DNA of 64,000 nucleotides from Obrimoposthia wandeli. Taxonomy: Eukaryota. The stretch covers positions 1 to 64,000 of the forward strand of contig CDROCS010003952.1 in assembly GCA_977020255.1 (NCBI GenBank), read 5' to 3'. Position numbers and translations under genes: made by a program. This document shows, one piece after another, positions 12,271-21,881 of this stretch (the stretch's first letter is position 1; each line of letters starts with the position of its first letter). Under the pieces are notes generated by a model, which was not told the origin of the DNA, did no database searches, and was given only the letters and a program-made list of their open reading frames with translations.

Positions 12271-13626
12271 TTAATAAGAGATTTGCATCATTTTATGTAA
12301 TCGTTCGAAAGCAATCGGGCTTGCTTTTAGTGTCATGCGTATACCATCTTGAAGATATTCTTCATCTATTACCTGCATTTTACTGTGGATCTCACCCATG
12401 ATGCCACTGGCAGTATAAGGGATTTGGAAACAAGCATTACACATGGTTTTTTCTAGTGCATTTTGAATTTCTCTATGCACTAACGCGACATCAGCTTTGT
12501 CACGTGAACTGATTAGTAGCGCGTCAGGGTATTTCTCTAACAATTCTAATTGCTGATCATCGCTTAAACAATCGACCTTATTCAACAATAATAGTTTGTT
12601 ACTCAAATCGGTATTTAACTCATGTAATACATGGTTAACAACGGCTAGTTGAGAAGCGAAATTCTCGTCCGATGCATCAACCACATAAAGCAATAAATCC
12701 GCATTCTTTGCTTCTTCTAGCGTTGAATGGAATGATGCGACCAAATCATGAGGCAATTTTTGGATAAAACCAACGGTGTCCGAGATTAAAATACGCGGTT
12801 GTGTCGGTGGAAGTAGGGTACGTACCGTCGTATCTAACGTAGCAAATAGTTTATCTTCAACTAAAACTTCACTGCCTGTTAGGGCGCGCATTAACGATGA
12901 TTTACCAGCATTGGTATAACCCACTAACGCGACAGTTAATTGTTCGATACGACCACTGCTTCGACCTTGCATTTCGCGTTGTAACTTGGTTAGCTCACGT
13001 CTTAGCTCGGCGATTTGAGTACGAACACGGCGACGACTAATCTCAAACACCGTTTCACTGATTGAACGGCCTTTTTGACGCTCGCGATCGCCACTGCTTT
13101 CATCACGTAATCGCGGTGTTAAGTAATTAAGTCGCGCGATCTCTACTTGCAGCTTCGCGGTACGTGTACGTGCATGCTTACTAAAAATTTCGATAATAAC
13201 GCGGGTACGATCGTAAACCTCAACCCCTAATGCCTCTTCAACATTACTTAATTGATTCGGGCTTAATTCACAGTCAAATACCACGACATTAGCTTGTCCT
13301 TTAATGCCGGGTGTTGTTAATAATTCGCTTAACTCGTCTTGGTCAAATTCGAGCGGCGGCTCATCTTGTTCTGATGCCGTTGACTCACCTGTTAACGTTG
13401 CTAATTCTTCTAGTTTACCAGAGCCTAATACGGACAGCTGTTTGGTCGATTTTTGTCGTTGCGTTTTAGTCCCTACCACAGTAAAGCCGAGAGTATTTAC
13501 TAAACGGCCTAATTCAGATAGTGATTCGTCCACATCCTCTTGAGTAACACAAGGTGTGCGAATAGAAATTAGTAAAGCGCGGGTAACAGAGTTATCTGTT
13601 GTTGAAATCGACATGTAGGTGCTCAT
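12271..13626 (-). CDS. hflX: Ribosome-splitting GTPase HflX (paralog outside the hfq-hflKC locus)
   Basis: VYDRTRVIIEIF..HA, QVEIARL, GYTNAGKSSL, LFATLDTT, DTVGFI, FHSTLEE, NKVD. Confidence 0.92.
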   Translation of the reverse strand: MSTYMSISTTDNSVTRALLISIRTPCVTQEDVDESLSELGRLVNTLGFTVVGTKTQRQKSTKQLSVLGSGKLEELATLTGESTASEQDEPPLEFDQDELSELLTTPGIKGQANVVVFDCELSPNQLSNVEEALGVEVYDRTRVIIEIFSKHARTRTAKLQVEIARLNYLTPRLRDESSGDRERQKGRSISETVFEISRRRVRTQIAELRRELTKLQREMQGRSSGRIEQLTVALVGYTNAGKSSLMRALTGSEVLVEDKLFATLDTTVRTLLPPTQPRILISDTVGFIQKLPHDLVASFHSTLEEAKNADLLLYVVDASDENFASQLAVVNHVLHELNTDLSNKLLLLNKVDCLSDDQQLELLEKYPDALLISSRDKADVALVHREIQNALEKTMCNACFQIPYTASGIMGEIHSKMQVIDEEYLQDGIRMTLKASPIAFERLHKMMQISY

Positions 13627-13779
13627 TGCTTAAAGTCATATGGGGTGCATCCTACCTGTTTATGCTTTGCTTATATATGCTTTACTTCGATTTATAAAAA
13701 ATTAGGCTTTATAAAATATAATTTTACTCAGACCTTGGTTTCTTGCTATAAATATACTTTGCTTACAGGAGTTAGCGTT

Positions 13780-14418
13780 ATGCATATTTTAAATTTTGAA
13801 GCTTTTTTGATCGCGATTACTATTTTAACGTTAACACCGGGTCTGGATACCGCATTGGTGATCCGTAATAGTAGCCGTTCGGGATACATTGACGGCTGTG
13901 TGACCAGCCTTGGGATCTGTTCTGGGTTGTTTGTACACGCGATGTTTTCTGCGCTTGGGATCTCGGCTATTTTGCTGCAATCGGCAGATTTGTTTCAAGT
14001 GGTGAAATGGATTGGCGCTGCCTATCTCATCTGGTTAGGGCTTGGTAGTCTTCGCGCTATCTACAAGGGTAGTAATAAAGTAGCGATGCTCCAGGAAGAT
14101 AACGGGGTATCTAGCGCTAGACGTTCACTACGTGAAGGTTTTCTTTCGAACGTGCTAAATCCTAAAACGGCCATTTTCTATCTCGCGTTTTTACCGCAAT
14201 TTATTGATCTTAATTACTCACCGATTTTGCAGTCGTTCACGATGGCTAGCATCCACTTTTTAATCGCTATGATCTGGCAATGTAGTTTAGCGTTTGCCAT
14301 TAACTCAGCTAAAAAATTATTTAAAAGTAGTGCCATGATGAATTGGATGGAAGGTGTGACGGGCGTGGTGCTCATTGCATTAGGCGCGAAGTTATTACTG
14401 TCGGATGACAAGCTTTAG
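13780..14418 (+). CDS. LysE/RhtB family amino-acid exporter
   Basis: LTPGLDTALVIRNS, GAAYLIWLG, GFLSNVLNPKTAIFYLAFLPQFI; ATG 13780 with GGAG RBS. Confidence 0.9.
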   Translation: MHILNFEAFLIAITILTLTPGLDTALVIRNSSRSGYIDGCVTSLGICSGLFVHAMFSALGISAILLQSADLFQVVKWIGAAYLIWLGLGSLRAIYKGSNKVAMLQEDNGVSSARRSLREGFLSNVLNPKTAIFYLAFLPQFIDLNYSPILQSFTMASIHFLIAMIWQCSLAFAINSAKKLFKSSAMMNWMEGVTGVVLIALGAKLLLSDDKL

Positions 14419-14444
14419 CTGTTTAGTAAATATGGCTTTACGCC

Positions 14445-14484
14445 AACGAATAAGACTGACATATGAATGTCAGTCTTATTCGTT
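14445..14484. terminator. Bidirectional terminator-like hairpin between convergent genes
   Basis: Perfect 18-bp arms AACGAATAAGACTGACAT / ATGTCAGTCTTATTCGTT with 4-nt loop. Confidence 0.7.
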
Positions 14485-14502
14485 TAAACGGTGTTTATGT
14501 CA

Positions 14503-15207
14503 TTAATGGCTGGTAATGAGATCCTTTACCATAGGCTCTACCATTTTGTTTACCACTTCATTTAATCGAGCCGTCTTTGTGTTTTGCAACCCCGATGTGC
14601 CACTTACCCAGTCAACCATTTGGGCTTGAGAATAGACTGCTTCACCAGTTTTTGCACGTATAGCATATAATCTCATCTCCATTGGTAACCTAATTTCACC
14701 AGAGGCAATGATATCTCCCATCATAGTAAACTGATTCTTCATCGAACTGATGTTATCTTCTTCTTCAAGGTCGAAGTCAATAACGGCATGAACACCAAGT
14801 CCTCTGCTAATAGATGCGATCACTTCATGTAATTCTTCTGAGTCATCGGTTAGAAGATCCATTGATGGATTTTGACGTTGGAGCTCTTTCCTAAACGCGT
14901 CAGCAGAAACCACTTTAAATTCGCCAGATTCTTCGAGGGTTTTCTGAATACTTTTGATCATGACTTTGTAGATTCGTTTATTGTCTTTGGGAAAATCGTC
15001 CATATAATCAATGTAGTTAGCAATTGTTACAGACTTAACCTTATGAAACACTTTATTTTTAACTGGCTGTTCTTCCAAGTTTTCTTGAGTGACGGCTTGA
15101 AGATCAAATTGAGTTGCTTGGGTGCGCATATTAATTATAGCGCCACAACCTGACAAATAACTGACGAGGATTGCTGCTGTTATTATTTTAAGTATATTCA
15201 TTTTCAT
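14503..15207 (-). CDS. Hypothetical lipoprotein
   Basis: MKMNILKIITAAILVSYLSG|C lipobox from ATG 15207; no recognised domain. Confidence 0.7.
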   Translation of the reverse strand: MKMNILKIITAAILVSYLSGCGAIINMRTQATQFDLQAVTQENLEEQPVKNKVFHKVKSVTIANYIDYMDDFPKDNKRIYKVMIKSIQKTLEESGEFKVVSADAFRKELQRQNPSMDLLTDDSEELHEVIASISRGLGVHAVIDFDLEEEDNISSMKNQFTMMGDIIASGEIRLPMEMRLYAIRAKTGEAVYSQAQMVDWVSGTSGLQNTKTARLNEVVNKMVEPMVKDLITSH

Positions 15208-15583
15208 TATTACTATCCCTGATATAATATTATTTTTAATAAACAAGCTCTTATAGCTCTTATAGCTATGTAAGCGACTGATTTTGACTTCATTTTGTAT
15301 TGAAGTCAAAAATTATTTATATATTTTGGGGGGTAAATAAAGACAAAGTTAGCGTATTGATTTAGTTTTAGGCGGCACGCAACCCGATCCACTGCACCCT
15401 CAGCACTAAATCATGTAAACGCGACTGGCGAAAATGCTCACTTTAAAACGTTTTTAAGTTGGTCATTAATTATTTCAAGTGGTTAGCTTTGCAGCAATTA
15501 CGTGGTTTTTTTAGCTGAAATGATGTAAGTATTGAAGTTATAGTAATTTATTATTGTACCTAGCCCTTTCAATAAAGCTAATC

Positions 15584-15638
15584 ATCAGCGTACCAGACAA
15601 AATAATGTAAAAAACATTATTTTGTCTGGTACGCTGAT
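15584..15638. repeat. Perfect 25-bp inverted repeat with A5 loop
   Basis: ATCAGCGTACCAGACAAAATAATGT-AAAAA-ACATTATTTTGTCTGGTACGCTGAT. Confidence 0.95.
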
Positions 15639-15693
15639 CAGATCGAATCGACTGGTTCAACTCTTTATGTATATGCTGGAAAAGGAAGTTTCG

Positions 15694-16596
15694 ATGAATG
15701 TAGACGTTATACTCGTAAATGCATTTACAGCGAATGGTACTGGTGGCAATCCCGCAGGAGTCGTGCTTAATGCTGACAAGTTATCTGATGCGCAAAAGCT
15801 AAGTATTGCACAAGCGGTGGGTTATTCTGAAACTGCTTTTGTATCAAGTGATGAGGAAGTCGATTTTGACGTTTCCTTCTTTACGACGACAGGTGAAGTT
15901 GATTTCTGTGGTCATGCAACATTAGCCACATTTTCAATCATGCATCAAATGGGGATACTTGCTACTGGTCAATATGTCCAGAGGACAAAGGTTGGGCTGT
16001 TACCGATTGCGATTGCATCAAACAGCCAAGTCATCATGGACCAACAGTTACCTAAAATGCTCGGTGGTTTTTGTTACCAAGAGATCTCAGCTGTCATTGG
16101 TATTGAGCGCTCAATTCTAGCAAGTACGAAATTACCCATTGAAGCTATATCAACGGGATTAGCTGATCTTATTATTCCGGTGCCGACTGGGCACCTAGAT
16201 TTAATCGAACCCAACAGCGAAATAATTGCTGATTTCTGCAAACAACATGACCTTGTTGGTTTTCATGTTTTTGAACTTTGTCCACTAGACAGCGAATTCA
16301 CCGCCAGTTGTCGTAATTTCGCACCGTTATTTGGTATCCCTGAGGAATCGGCCACTGGCAGTTCAAGTGGTGCTTTAGCGTGTTATCTCGCAAAGTATGT
16401 TCCTTTAGGCAGTGATAATAAAAATCACAATCACTATGTTTTTGAGCAAGGCAGGGCGATGAATTGTACATCGATTATCACAGCATCTGTCGAGTCAAAC
16501 GAGTCAAACGATTCAACAATAACGCGCGTTAAAGTCGGCGGTTTAGCGAGTGAAATTGGTACTGTGTCAATAAACCCCTTTCACTCTCTCGACTAA
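15694..16596 (+). CDS. PhzF-family (DAP-epimerase-like) isomerase
   Basis: NAFT..GGNPAGV, YSETAF, EVDFCGHATLA, EESATGSSSGALACYL. Confidence 0.9.
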   Translation: MNVDVILVNAFTANGTGGNPAGVVLNADKLSDAQKLSIAQAVGYSETAFVSSDEEVDFDVSFFTTTGEVDFCGHATLATFSIMHQMGILATGQYVQRTKVGLLPIAIASNSQVIMDQQLPKMLGGFCYQEISAVIGIERSILASTKLPIEAISTGLADLIIPVPTGHLDLIEPNSEIIADFCKQHDLVGFHVFELCPLDSEFTASCRNFAPLFGIPEESATGSSSGALACYLAKYVPLGSDNKNHNHYVFEQGRAMNCTSIITASVESNESNDSTITRVKVGGLASEIGTVSINPFHSLD

Positions 16597-17475
16597 AAAA
16601 TCCACCGCGGCTTTTATTTTTGGCACTTGATAACGTTGTTTTTGATACAACAAAAACACCCCCAAATTTGCCCGCTGCGTGATATCAATACTTGGTGTGA
16701 TCGTAAGCTCTGTCAGTTCACCTGATTCAATATACGGTTTTAATGCCCAGCGTGGCATCAGCAAAATACCTAATCCCGCGACGGCTTTTTCTACTAGCCA
16801 TTTACCATTGTTACTGATGAGTACCCGCTGTGCGGAAACATCCTGCCACTGATTGTCTATTTCACAGATCCAAGGGGTAGGGCCATTCGGGGCTTTAAAA
16901 TACAGGCCTTTGTGTTGCTTTAACTCCATAGCATTAACGGGCACACCATAGGTATCTAAATAACTGGGCGCGGCGACGGCGATGAAATTGTTATCCATCA
17001 ACTTGATAGCCAGTACACGTTCATCGGGTGCATAACCGCCTCTAATCGCCAGATCTACCTCATCACGCCCTAATGTCGATAAGTCATCACTCAGGCTTAC
17101 ATTCAAGGTGATCTGCGGGTATAGCTCTCTAAATTCGTCTAACAGCGGTAATAATATGCGCTCACCAAAACCCACCATTGAGCTGATATTCAATACGCCC
17201 ATGGGTGTCGATTGATAGTTTCTTACCGTTTCATCACTGTGTGCTAATAAAGACAGTACTTCGCTGACCTGTTGATAATAGATTTGACCTATTTCAGTTA
17301 AGCTCACCGCTCTTGTCGTACGTTTTAATAGCGTAGCGCCAAGGCTTTTCTCTAGGTCTGCAACCCTGCGCGACAGCGATGAAGGCGGCACCGAAAACAG
17401 CTCAGCGGCTTTACTAAAACTGCCATGTTCTACCACTTTTACAAAATACTTTAATGCTCTTAATTGATCCATCAT
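16567..17475 (-). CDS. LysR-family transcriptional regulator
   Basis: HTH FSKAAE...SSLSRRVADLEKSLGATLLKRTTR; PBP2 domain; divergent from the oxidoreductase operon. Confidence 0.93.
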   Translation of the reverse strand: MMDQLRALKYFVKVVEHGSFSKAAELFSVPPSSLSRRVADLEKSLGATLLKRTTRAVSLTEIGQIYYQQVSEVLSLLAHSDETVRNYQSTPMGVLNISSMVGFGERILLPLLDEFRELYPQITLNVSLSDDLSTLGRDEVDLAIRGGYAPDERVLAIKLMDNNFIAVAAPSYLDTYGVPVNAMELKQHKGLYFKAPNGPTPWICEIDNQWQDVSAQRVLISNNGKWLVEKAVAGLGILLMPRWALKPYIESGELTELTITPSIDITQRANLGVFLLYQKQRYQVPKIKAAVDFLVERVKGVY

Positions 17476-17490
17476 TCACTCTCATCGCTA

Positions 17491-17511
17491 TTATTGTCTT
17501 TAAGACAATAA
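17491..17511. promoter_or_regulatory. Perfect palindrome TTATTGTCTT-T-AAGACAATAA, likely LysR operator
   Basis: Directly upstream of the LysR start; half-site TTAAGACAATAA recurs near 17547-17558. Confidence 0.6.
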
Positions 17512-17574
17512 ACATTCGCTAATTAGTCTCTATATCTTACATTAAATTAAGACAATAATGGCTCATAGTTAATT

Positions 17575-17679
17575 ATCTTTCAGACGGTACGACTCATCTT
17601 TCAGGCAGTACTCTTAACCTTTTAGGCAATTAGACTCATCTTTCAAGCAATACTCTTAACCTTTCAGACATTATCATTC
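17575..17679 (+). repeat. Five degenerate ~21-bp units containing a 42-bp-period direct repeat
   Basis: 17591-17628 vs 17633-17670 match at 34/38 nt. Confidence 0.85.
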
Positions 17680-17694
17680 ACAGGAAGCAAGCAC

Positions 17695-18693
17695 ATGACA
17701 ACATATACAGCGATCAATCTTATTAAACGTCCAACTGGCGGTCCAATCAATGCAGCGCTATTTGAAGTAGTGCAAAAGCAAATGCCGACTGTGGGCGAGG
17801 GCGAGTTTTTAGTTAAGCAAAGCCATATGTCACTTGATCCAGCTATGTTTGGTTGGATGAGCCCGGATACCAACAGCTACATTCCACCAGTAGGCTTAGG
17901 TGATGTAATGCGTAGTTCTGGCATCGGTGAAATTGTCGAAAGTAACCACCCCGATTTTAGCGTGGGCGATCGCATGATGGGTATGATGGGCTGGCAGGAA
18001 TACTTCCTAAGTAACGGCCAAGGCCTGAATAAAGTAACAGCGCCACTACCTGATGAAGCGATATTATCAATTTTTGCCTTACCTGGATTAACCGCGACTC
18101 AAGGTTTATTTAATGTGGGTAAACCTAAAAAAGGTGAAACTATTATTGTCACGGGTGCAGCAGGTTCGGTTGGCTCTATTGTTGGTCAGTTAGCAAAAGC
18201 AGATGGCCTGAAAGTAATTGGTGTTGTTGGCAGTGACGAAAAAGCTGATTGGATTGTTAACGAATTAGGTTTTGATGCAGCGATTAACTACAAAAGTGAT
18301 GATTTAGACGCGCAATTGGCAGAACATGCCGCTGATGGTATTGATTTGTATTTTGAAAATACGGGTGGTGCGATCCAAAGTTTAATTATTGATCGTATGA
18401 ATCCACATGGCCGTGTCATGGTATGTGGTCTAATTGCTGATTACGCAAACGAAGTACCAACACCTGGACCAAGCTGGTTGAACGTGATTAAACGTCGCCT
18501 GACTATTCAAGGTTTCACTATGCCGGATCATTTCCATGAAGTACCAGCATTACTCGAAAAGCTAACACCTTATGTTATGGCCGGTAAAATCAAACACAGA
18601 TCGCATGTATTAGAAGGTTTAGAATCATCTATTGATGGTTTAAACTTATTCTTTACTGGTGAAAACAAAGGTAAGTTGATTGTAAAACTTTAA
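17695..18693 (+). CDS. NADP-dependent oxidoreductase (CurA/YncB, prostaglandin-reductase-like)
   Basis: SLDPAMFGWM, GLTATQG, VTGAAGSVGSIVGQLAK, CGLIADY, NKGKLIV. Confidence 0.9.
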   Translation: MTTYTAINLIKRPTGGPINAALFEVVQKQMPTVGEGEFLVKQSHMSLDPAMFGWMSPDTNSYIPPVGLGDVMRSSGIGEIVESNHPDFSVGDRMMGMMGWQEYFLSNGQGLNKVTAPLPDEAILSIFALPGLTATQGLFNVGKPKKGETIIVTGAAGSVGSIVGQLAKADGLKVIGVVGSDEKADWIVNELGFDAAINYKSDDLDAQLAEHAADGIDLYFENTGGAIQSLIIDRMNPHGRVMVCGLIADYANEVPTPGPSWLNVIKRRLTIQGFTMPDHFHEVPALLEKLTPYVMAGKIKHRSHVLEGLESSIDGLNLFFTGENKGKLIVKL

Positions 18694-18789
18694 TGTCTAA
18701 TGATGCATGGCTTATTAAGTGAGTGCCTTATAAAGTAAGTGGCTAATCGTCACTTATTTTTTGCTTTATTAAACGGGATTGAATTTAAT

Positions 18790-19433
18790 ATGAATAAATT
18801 ACAAATCGATATTGTGTCAGATGTGATGTGCCCTTGGTGCATTGTCGGATACAAAGGTTTAGAGTCGGCGCTTGAACAACTTGCGCCGGGCATTGAAGCG
18901 ACAATCAACTGGCTACCGTTTGAACTGAATCCGCAGATGCCGAGTACAGGCCAAGACATGCAAGAACACTTGGTTGAGAAGTACGGCATCAGTGAACAGC
19001 AAAGTGTGCGAACAGAGAGATGATCAGTCAGCGCGGCAAGGATGTTGGTTTTGATTTTAACTTTGCCCCAAATATGCGCATGATCAACAGCTTTGATTTA
19101 CACCGATTATTAGCGTGGGCTAACGAGCAGGGCAAGCAACATGCATTGCAAATGGCCTTGTTTAGTGCGCACTTTACTGACAATGTCTCTTTGAGTGATG
19201 ATGCAAGGCTTATCAAAGTCGTTGATTCAGTTGGCCTTGATGTGGTGGTAGCTAAAAAAATCCTCGACTCTGATGAGTATGCAGCGCAAGTACGCGCAGA
19301 ACAAAAGCTGAGTATGGACAGGGGCATTAGTTCAGTGCCGACTTTCATTATTAATAATCAGTATTCTATTGCTGGTGGCCAAACTGCAGATACTTTTAAG
19401 CAGGTTTTAACGGAAATCACGCAGGAAACATAA
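18790..19433 (+). CDS. DsbA/FrnE-family oxidoreductase, frameshifted near 19006-19010
   Basis: SDVMCPWCIVG..WLPFELNP in frame 1, then INSFDLHRLL..GISSVPTFIIN in frame 2; one added base restores SVANREMISQRG. Confidence 0.8.
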
Positions 19434-19459
19434 AAGCAGCCCGCTATTGGCAGTTACAA

Positions 19460-19834
19460 TTAACTGCCAATAGCATTAAGTCCTACCATAGCGAGTGCGG
19501 TTAAAGCAGGCAGGCCTTGTACGACAAGAATAGATTTTTTTGCTGTTAGGCCACCATAGAGTGCTGCAACTAACACGCATGAAAGAAAGAATATTTGAAT
19601 TTGTACGCCAACTATCATATTCGGATGTAGTAATCCCCAAATTAGACCTGCAGATAAAAAGCCATTATAAAGCCCTTGATTGGCAGCAAGCACTTTTGTT
19701 GTTTCAACATCTTCTTTTTTGATTCCAAATATTTTTCTGGTGCGCGGTTTTGTCCACATAAACATTTCTAAAATTAATATATATACGTGTTCTATTGCGA
19801 CTAGAGCAACAAAGAATGTGGGTAGATATTCCAT
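19460..19834 (-). CDS. DUF1304 membrane protein
   Basis: LVAIEHVYILILEMF, LAANQGLYNGFL..GLIWG. Confidence 0.85.
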   Translation of the reverse strand: MEYLPTFFVALVAIEHVYILILEMFMWTKPRTRKIFGIKKEDVETTKVLAANQGLYNGFLSAGLIWGLLHPNMIVGVQIQIFFLSCVLVAALYGGLTAKKSILVVQGLPALTALAMVGLNAIGS

Positions 19835-20031
19835 AATAACAGCCTATGATAAAATAACGACATTGGATTTAATGAAGGTAAAGGTAACGTTAAATTCTAA
19901 ATTTAACAATGGCTTATTTATTTTTCCTTTTTGTCATTATATACATGGCTTTATCAGATCGTGCTAAAGCGTCATTGAATGTATCTTTGGTTGCTCGTTC
20001 AGGTTCTACTCGTCCTTAGCATCTGAATCGC

Positions 20032-20156
20032 TGCACTATTTTGGTGTAACTCGATATTAAATTGCACTAGTTTGGTTATACCAACTCTTTATTATTGTTG
20101 TATTTAAAAGTAAGTCTTTGAATTTTAATCGTTATATTTATTGGCACAGAGATTGA
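20032..20156 (+). promoter_or_regulatory. NtrC sites and sigma54 promoter of glnK-amtB
   Basis: TGCACTATTTTGGTGTA (20032-20048), TGCACTAGTTTTGGTTA (20063-20079); -24/-12 TGGCAC-N5-TTGA (20142-20156). Confidence 0.8.
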
Positions 20157-20204
20157 ATTAACTTTAAACATATAAATGTTAACAGTCGATACTTGAGGAT
20201 CTCT

Positions 20205-20543
20205 ATGAAACTAATAAGCGCAATTATTAAACCATTTAAACTCGATGATGTTCGTAAAGCCGTAGCCGATATCGGAGTGGAAGGATTAACAGCGACTGAG
20301 GTTAAAGGTTTGGGTCGCCAAAAAGGTCACACCGAGCTATATCGTGGCGCTGAATACCAAGTTGATTTCTTACCAAAAGTGAAATTAGAGATCGCAACTC
20401 AAAGTGACAATGTTGAACAAGTCATTGAAGCGATTAAAAATGCGGCTTACACAGGGAAAATTGGTGACGGTAAGATCTTTGTTTACGACTTATTACAGGT
20501 TGTGCGTATCCGTACCGGTGAAATGGATTCAGAAGCGATTTAA
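20205..20543 (+). CDS. glnK: PII nitrogen regulatory protein
   Basis: 112 aa; KGLGRQKGHTELYRGAEY, GKIGDGKIFV; upstream of amtB. Confidence 0.95.
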   Translation: MKLISAIIKPFKLDDVRKAVADIGVEGLTATEVKGLGRQKGHTELYRGAEYQVDFLPKVKLEIATQSDNVEQVIEAIKNAAYTGKIGDGKIFVYDLLQVVRIRTGEMDSEAI

Positions 20544-20556
20544 AGGGAATATATAT

Positions 20557-21789
20557 ATGCAAGAATTAACAACTACAGTGACGGAGCTGCGCTTTGCACT
20601 CGATACGTTTTACTTTTTAATGTCTGGTGTACTGGTGATGTGGATGGCGGCAGGTTTTGCCATGCTAGAAGCAGGCTTAGTTCGCTCTAAGAATACCACC
20701 GAAATTTTGACTAAGAATATCGTGCTCTATTCAATTGCATGCATCATGTTCTTACTCGTAGGTTATAACATTATGTACGTCGATAATGTTGAGGGCGGTA
20801 TTATCCCGTCATTTGGTTCGTTAATTGGAACACAGGCTGAAGGCGCTGACCATTCACTTGAATCAGACTTCTTTTTCCAAGTTGTATTTGTGGCAACAGC
20901 AATGTCTATCGTGTCCGGTGCTGTGGCTGAACGTATGAAGTTATGGGCCTTCCTTGCTTTTGCTGTCGTGCTCACCGCGGTTATTTATCCGGTTGAAGGC
21001 TATTGGACTTGGGGCGGTGGTTTCTTATCTGAAGCGGGTTTCTCTGATTTTGCTGGTTCTGGTATTGTTCACATGGCGGGTGCATCGGCTGCATTAGCGG
21101 GTGTGTTATTACTCGGTGCACGTAAGGGTAAATACGGTAAGAATGGTGAGGTACACCCAATTCCGGGTTCAAATATGCCACTCGCGACATTAGGTACATT
21201 TATTCTATGGATGGGTTGGTTTGGTTTTAACGGTGGTTCACAGTTATTAATTTCTGATGCCGAAAATGCAACGGCTGTTGGTCTTATCTTCCTGAACACC
21301 AATGCTGCGGCAGCGGGTGGTGCGGTTTCTGCGTTGATTGTGACTAAGTTCATGTGGGGTAAAGTAGATTTAACCATGGTACTTAATGGTGCATTAGCGG
21401 GTCTTGTTACTATTACTGCTGACCCTCTGAGTCCAGCTCCGGCATTTGCAACATTGTTAGGTGCTTTAGGCGGGGTATTGGTTGTATTTAGTATTGTGGC
21501 GCTGGATAAAGTGAAGATAGATGATCCAGTTGGTGCTATCTCTGTACACGGTGTGTGTGGGTTATTTGGTTTAATGGTTGTTCCATTTAGCAATGGCGAT
21601 GCAACATTCTCTGCTCAATTATTTGGTGCTGTGATTATCTTTGCTTGGGTGTTTGGCGCAAGTATCCTTGTATGGACAGTGCTTAAAGCAACCATGGGTA
21701 TTCGAGTGACTGAAGAAGATGAAATGATCGGTATGGATATGGCTGATTGTGGTATTGATGCTTACCCTGAGTTTATTACGACTAAATAA
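20557..21789 (+). CDS. amtB: Ammonium transporter
   Basis: GFAMLEAG, SGAVAER, DFAGSGIVH, WMGWFGFNGGS, DDPVGAISVHG. Confidence 0.95.
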   Translation: MQELTTTVTELRFALDTFYFLMSGVLVMWMAAGFAMLEAGLVRSKNTTEILTKNIVLYSIACIMFLLVGYNIMYVDNVEGGIIPSFGSLIGTQAEGADHSLESDFFFQVVFVATAMSIVSGAVAERMKLWAFLAFAVVLTAVIYPVEGYWTWGGGFLSEAGFSDFAGSGIVHMAGASAALAGVLLLGARKGKYGKNGEVHPIPGSNMPLATLGTFILWMGWFGFNGGSQLLISDAENATAVGLIFLNTNAAAAGGAVSALIVTKFMWGKVDLTMVLNGALAGLVTITADPLSPAPAFATLLGALGGVLVVFSIVALDKVKIDDPVGAISVHGVCGLFGLMVVPFSNGDATFSAQLFGAVIIFAWVFGASILVWTVLKATMGIRVTEEDEMIGMDMADCGIDAYPEFITTK

Positions 21790-21806
21790 ATCGATGTAAT
21801 ACTTGG

Positions 21807-21841
21807 AAAAGAAAGCTCAGCATTTTCTGGGCTTTCTTTTT
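21807..21841. terminator. Intrinsic terminator after amtB
   Basis: AAAAGAAAGCTCAG-loop-CTGGGCTTTCTTTT. Confidence 0.8.
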
Positions 21842-21881
21842 ATAATAAGGAGATATAACAATAACTTATTATATCTCTTGT

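Noticed and set aside
17575-17679. CRISPR array
   Set aside because: Units are degenerate and contiguous, with no unique spacers and no cas genes.
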